From NCBI RefSeq assembly GCF_009914755.1, contig NC_060934.1: DNA of 64,000 nucleotides. One strand, written 5' to 3'. Made by a program: the position numbers and the translations under genes. The notes beneath the pieces are model-generated. The model had not been told where the DNA came from, searched no databases, and saw only the letters and a program-made list of their open reading frames with translations. Below, one piece after another: positions 50,477 through 64,000 of this stretch; the stretch's first letter is position 1, and every line of letters starts with the position of its first letter. This stretch comes from the human T2T-CHM13v2.0 reference genome, Homo sapiens.

Positions 50477-50641
50477 GGGGCTTCCCGGATTCTCCTAGAC
50501 CTCTGCCCGCTGAAAAGCAGCGGGAGCCCGTAGACTGTCGAGGGCCTCCCGCCCCTCCCGTCGCGAGGGCGGGGCCAGTGGCGTCATTTCCAGGCCCGCC
50601 CCCTCCGGCCCCGCCTCCCCTTGGTATTTTCGGGACTTTCC
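50477..50641 (+). promoter_or_regulatory. kB sites, proximal NFKB2 promoter
   Basis: GGGGCTTCCC 50477-50486 and the canonical Ig-kB GGGACTTTCC 50632-50641. Confidence 0.8.
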
Positions 50642-50907
50642 TAAGCTGCTCTAACTTTCCTGCCCCTTCCCCGGCCAAGCCCAACTCCGGATCTCGCTCT
50701 CCACCGGATCTCACCCGCCACACCCGGACAGGCGGCTGGAGGAGGTCGGACCCTCCCCCAAATCTGGGCCCCCATCTCCCGCCCACCCCCATTTAGATCT
50801 GACCCCCTCCCCCACGCCACTCCTCCCAACTTTAGGCGGGCGTCTAAAATTCTGGGAAGCAGAACCTGGCCGGAGCCACTAGACAGAGCCGGGCCTAGCC
50901 CAGAGAC

Positions 50908-57325
<6,418 letters not shown>

Positions 57326-57450
57326 CCTGCTGCCTGCCCCCAGCCCCCTTCCCGGACCCCCTGTACAGCGTCCCCACCTATTTCAAATCTTATTTAACAC
57401 CCCACACCCACCCCTCAGTTGGGACAAATAAAGGATTCTCATGGGAAGGG
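57326..57450 (+). terminator. NFKB2: Short NFKB2 3' UTR with poly(A) signal
   Basis: AATAAA at 57427-57432, about 100 nt after the TGA. Confidence 0.85.
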
Positions 57451-57559
57451 GAGGACCCCTCCTTCCCAACTTATGGCAGCCCCTGATGTGACTCTTGTCC
57501 CTGGAACCAGCTACCCACCCTGCCCACATGCCAGGCATGGTGAGAAGAGAAGGAGGAGG

Positions 57560-58148
57560 CCCAGCCAGCAAGTCCAGAGCAGTTTTAATGGGGGTGGAGG
57601 CTGTACAAAGGGCAAGGCCCACTGAAGCGGGGGAAAGCCAGGCCGTGCTGCCCCCGGCCCAGGTATGGGGCCTTGGCATGGACGCCCTTCCTCCACCTCC
57701 AGCAAGAGAAAGAGTAAGCCCTTGGGGAGGAAGGAGGGGAAACCAGCTCAGCCCCAAATCCTGGTCTCTGTCCAAGCCAGGCCCCAGGACAGAGGGGGAC
57801 TGATGGTGTCAGGGTGGGGGTGGTCTCAGCAGAAAGCAGAAACGGCATCAGGCCTCTCCCACACAAAAAAAAAGCATCAAAAGTTCAGGGGCGCTAGCCC
57901 CTCCCGCCCCCGCCCACCCTGTACGAAAAAGTGCAAAACATTATCACAAAAAGGGGCTCTCAGAGGTGCCCCTAGCCTAGGCTCCTGAGGCCCAGGCCCC
58001 AGCCCTGCCCTGCCCCGGACACCGCGTCCGGCGCGGTCGGGCCCTAGGCCGGGAGGCCCTCGTGGGTGGCCCGAGGCCGGCCCGGGCTCAGGCAGGGCCA
58101 TGTCATCCTTCAGGTGCCCAGCAGGCACTCCCCACCCTAAACCTCATC
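57560..58148 (-). terminator. PSD: PSD 3' UTR with ATTAAA poly(A) signal
   Basis: TTTAAT on + at 57584-57589 reads ATTAAA on -. The end is approximate. Confidence 0.7.
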
Positions 58149-62216
<4,068 letters not shown>

Positions 62217-63844
62217 CTGGGGGGTGAGGGGAACAAATTAGGGGGTTGTGGGTCAGTACCGCAGTGTCAGAGCTTAGAGCCTTCCCCTCTAACTTGAGAG
62301 ATGAGCCAGAACTAAGGGGAAAGGGCAGCAAGATATAATGACCAAAAATACAGGCTCCAGAATGGAGACCCAGACCCGGCTCCACCACCTGAGCTGCATG
62401 ACTTCGGGCAAGTATCCATGGAGAGGAACAAACGTAGTAACATGTGGGCACAGGCAGTTAGCACAGGGCATCCCAGCACAAGGCTGACGCACAGTAAATG
62501 GTTGTTGCTATTATTATCTTTATTGTTGTTAAGGGGCTGTCCTGCTCAGATCCTGGGCTGGAGAAGCACAGCCCTGGAGGGAACGGGAAAAGCAGCCCAA
62601 GAAATTCCCCTTCCCCCAACCACGCGCTCTGGCCTGTTTCCACAGGATGAGCCCACACATAGCATATGGGGAAACTGCGACCCCAGGATAGGGGACTCGC
62701 CCTCTCAGCACTTTCCTTCCCTAATAGAGAATACACTATCATGGCTCCCAACACCAAGACAAGCTGAGGCCTCCCCCTAACCCTGACAGCCCCACCAAGC
62801 CAAATGCCAGGGTGGTCCAACGCCCTGCCCACGTGCACACTTTGTCACTGGAGAGTGAACACTCCTCTAAAAAGCAGTGGTTTTAGCTTCCAATCCCTGC
62901 ATAGCCCAAACTCTGTGCGATGTGAACCAGCCACTTCCCCTCTGTGCAGTTGGCCTGGGGACATTTGGGGGTCCTGGGGTGGTCAGAAGAGAGAATAGGC
63001 TCCAGGAGTGGCATGGGGTCCCCTCTTCTCCAGAGTGGTCTGGAATATGGGTCCACGCCAGCACCTCCAACTGTGGGGTACTTCCGTCAGCCTGTCCGTG
63101 AGTGGGTGTGTCCCCAGCATGTGCATGTTGGGCTAAGTGTGTGGCGTGTGATGCTGCCTGCATGTGAGCTGGGTGCAGTGGTGACGTAGGCACCTTCCCT
63201 GTGATGGGACACAGCCTCCCCTTCACTCCTCCCAACAAACCACAGTCTCTGACTCTCTCACTGCCCACAGCCATGCCCAGCCACAAGGCAAACCAGGCAT
63301 CCCAACTGGGCACACACTGTTCACACCCTATCTGGGGATGGGTGTACCCCACAGCCTCCAACCCCCACTCCACCGCCCCCAGCACAACCAAGGCAAATCA
63401 ACACATAGACCTTCCAGCACACACCCAGACGAAACCCAGCATGGCTCAGACCCTTAACCCTCACTCCGCAACTCTCTGGCCAGAAAGCGGAAGTGGCCAC
63501 CAAGATCCAACCTGCAATCCTTGCCTCCCGCCTTCTAGTTCATCCCCTGCCCTGTCTCAGGACCCCCTTCGGCCCACCATCACACCTCATTCGAGGGCCC
63601 TGAACCCCATCGGTGGGCCGCAAGTCATATTCAATCTAGAAAAGCCTCTTCGGTTTTTGAGGCCCACCTTGGCCCCAGGGTCTGTGCCCTCCCTGCCCCC
63701 CCAGCCCGTGCCCGCCTCTGGCTGCCCATGACCTCTGTCCCTACCAGGCTCCGCCCTCGGTTGGCACCGCCCTCGGTGCCTCCCACAAGCCGCCCCCTCG
63801 GTCGCCCCGCAACCTGGCGTGGGCCGCGGCCCCAACGCCCTCAC

Positions 63845-64000
63845 CGCCTTTTTCTTCTTGCGGCTCTGCAGGCGGCTGACCACCAGGTCGGTGTAGAGCA
63901 CGGGCTTGAGGCTGCGCGAGCGCTGCGGCCAGCCGTAGCACAGGGTCTCCGCGCCGCGGTGGGTGCGCCCGTAGCGCACGGAGCACAGCGAGCGCGAGCG
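63845..64000 (-). CDS. PSD: PSD internal alternative first coding exon (short, Sec7-less EFA6A isoform); 5'-truncated by the window edge
   Basis: 52 open codons RSRSLCSVRYGRTHRGAETLCYGWPQRSRSLKPVLYTDLVVSRLQSRKKKKA end in donor GCG|gtgagg (phase 0), matching the phase-0 acceptor at 62216. The exon lies in a CpG island. Confidence 0.75.

Noticed and set aside
63741-63986. Alternative minus-strand frame (MLRALRAHPP...) over the PSD internal exon
   Set aside because: Its phase is incompatible with the 63845 donor and the 62216 acceptor; the other frame fits.

Overview
Human (or very close ape) genomic DNA, recognisable as the GBF1-NFKB2-PSD locus at chr10q24.3. It carries the last 36 coding exons and 3' UTR of GBF1 (+; CDS 6237-37287) and a repeat-dense spacer of about 11 kb (MER21-like LTR, fragmented L3/CR1 and L2, nested Alus, and an LTR5/HERV-K(HML-2) solo LTR). 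It then carries the complete NFKB2 gene (+; two kB-rich CpG promoters; 22 coding exons that I spliced by hand to 2703 nt = 900 aa) and the 3' part of PSD/EFA6A (-), converging tail-to-tail on NFKB2. Most ORF-track entries are Alu-derived or GC-rich noise. Most notable observations: (1) an ~85-bp A-tailed, TSD-flanked retro-insertion consisting only of the 5' iron-responsive-element hairpin of ferritin light chain (FTL) mRNA, buried in an old L1 in a GBF1 intron (27847-27931); (2) a candidate in-frame 75/99-nt GBF1 cassette exon with RBFOX motifs around it (9351-9449); (3) several templated-insertion or fold-back repair scars that form hairpins (30743-31003, 38259-38383, 20844-20925); (4) a perfect 24-bp duplication of an NFKB2 splice donor predicting a +8-aa isoform (52355-52402); (5) an internal PSD first exon for a Sec7-less isoform (63845-64000). 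Gene and repeat-family identities come from recognising the sequence, not from database searches, and repeat boundaries are approximate.
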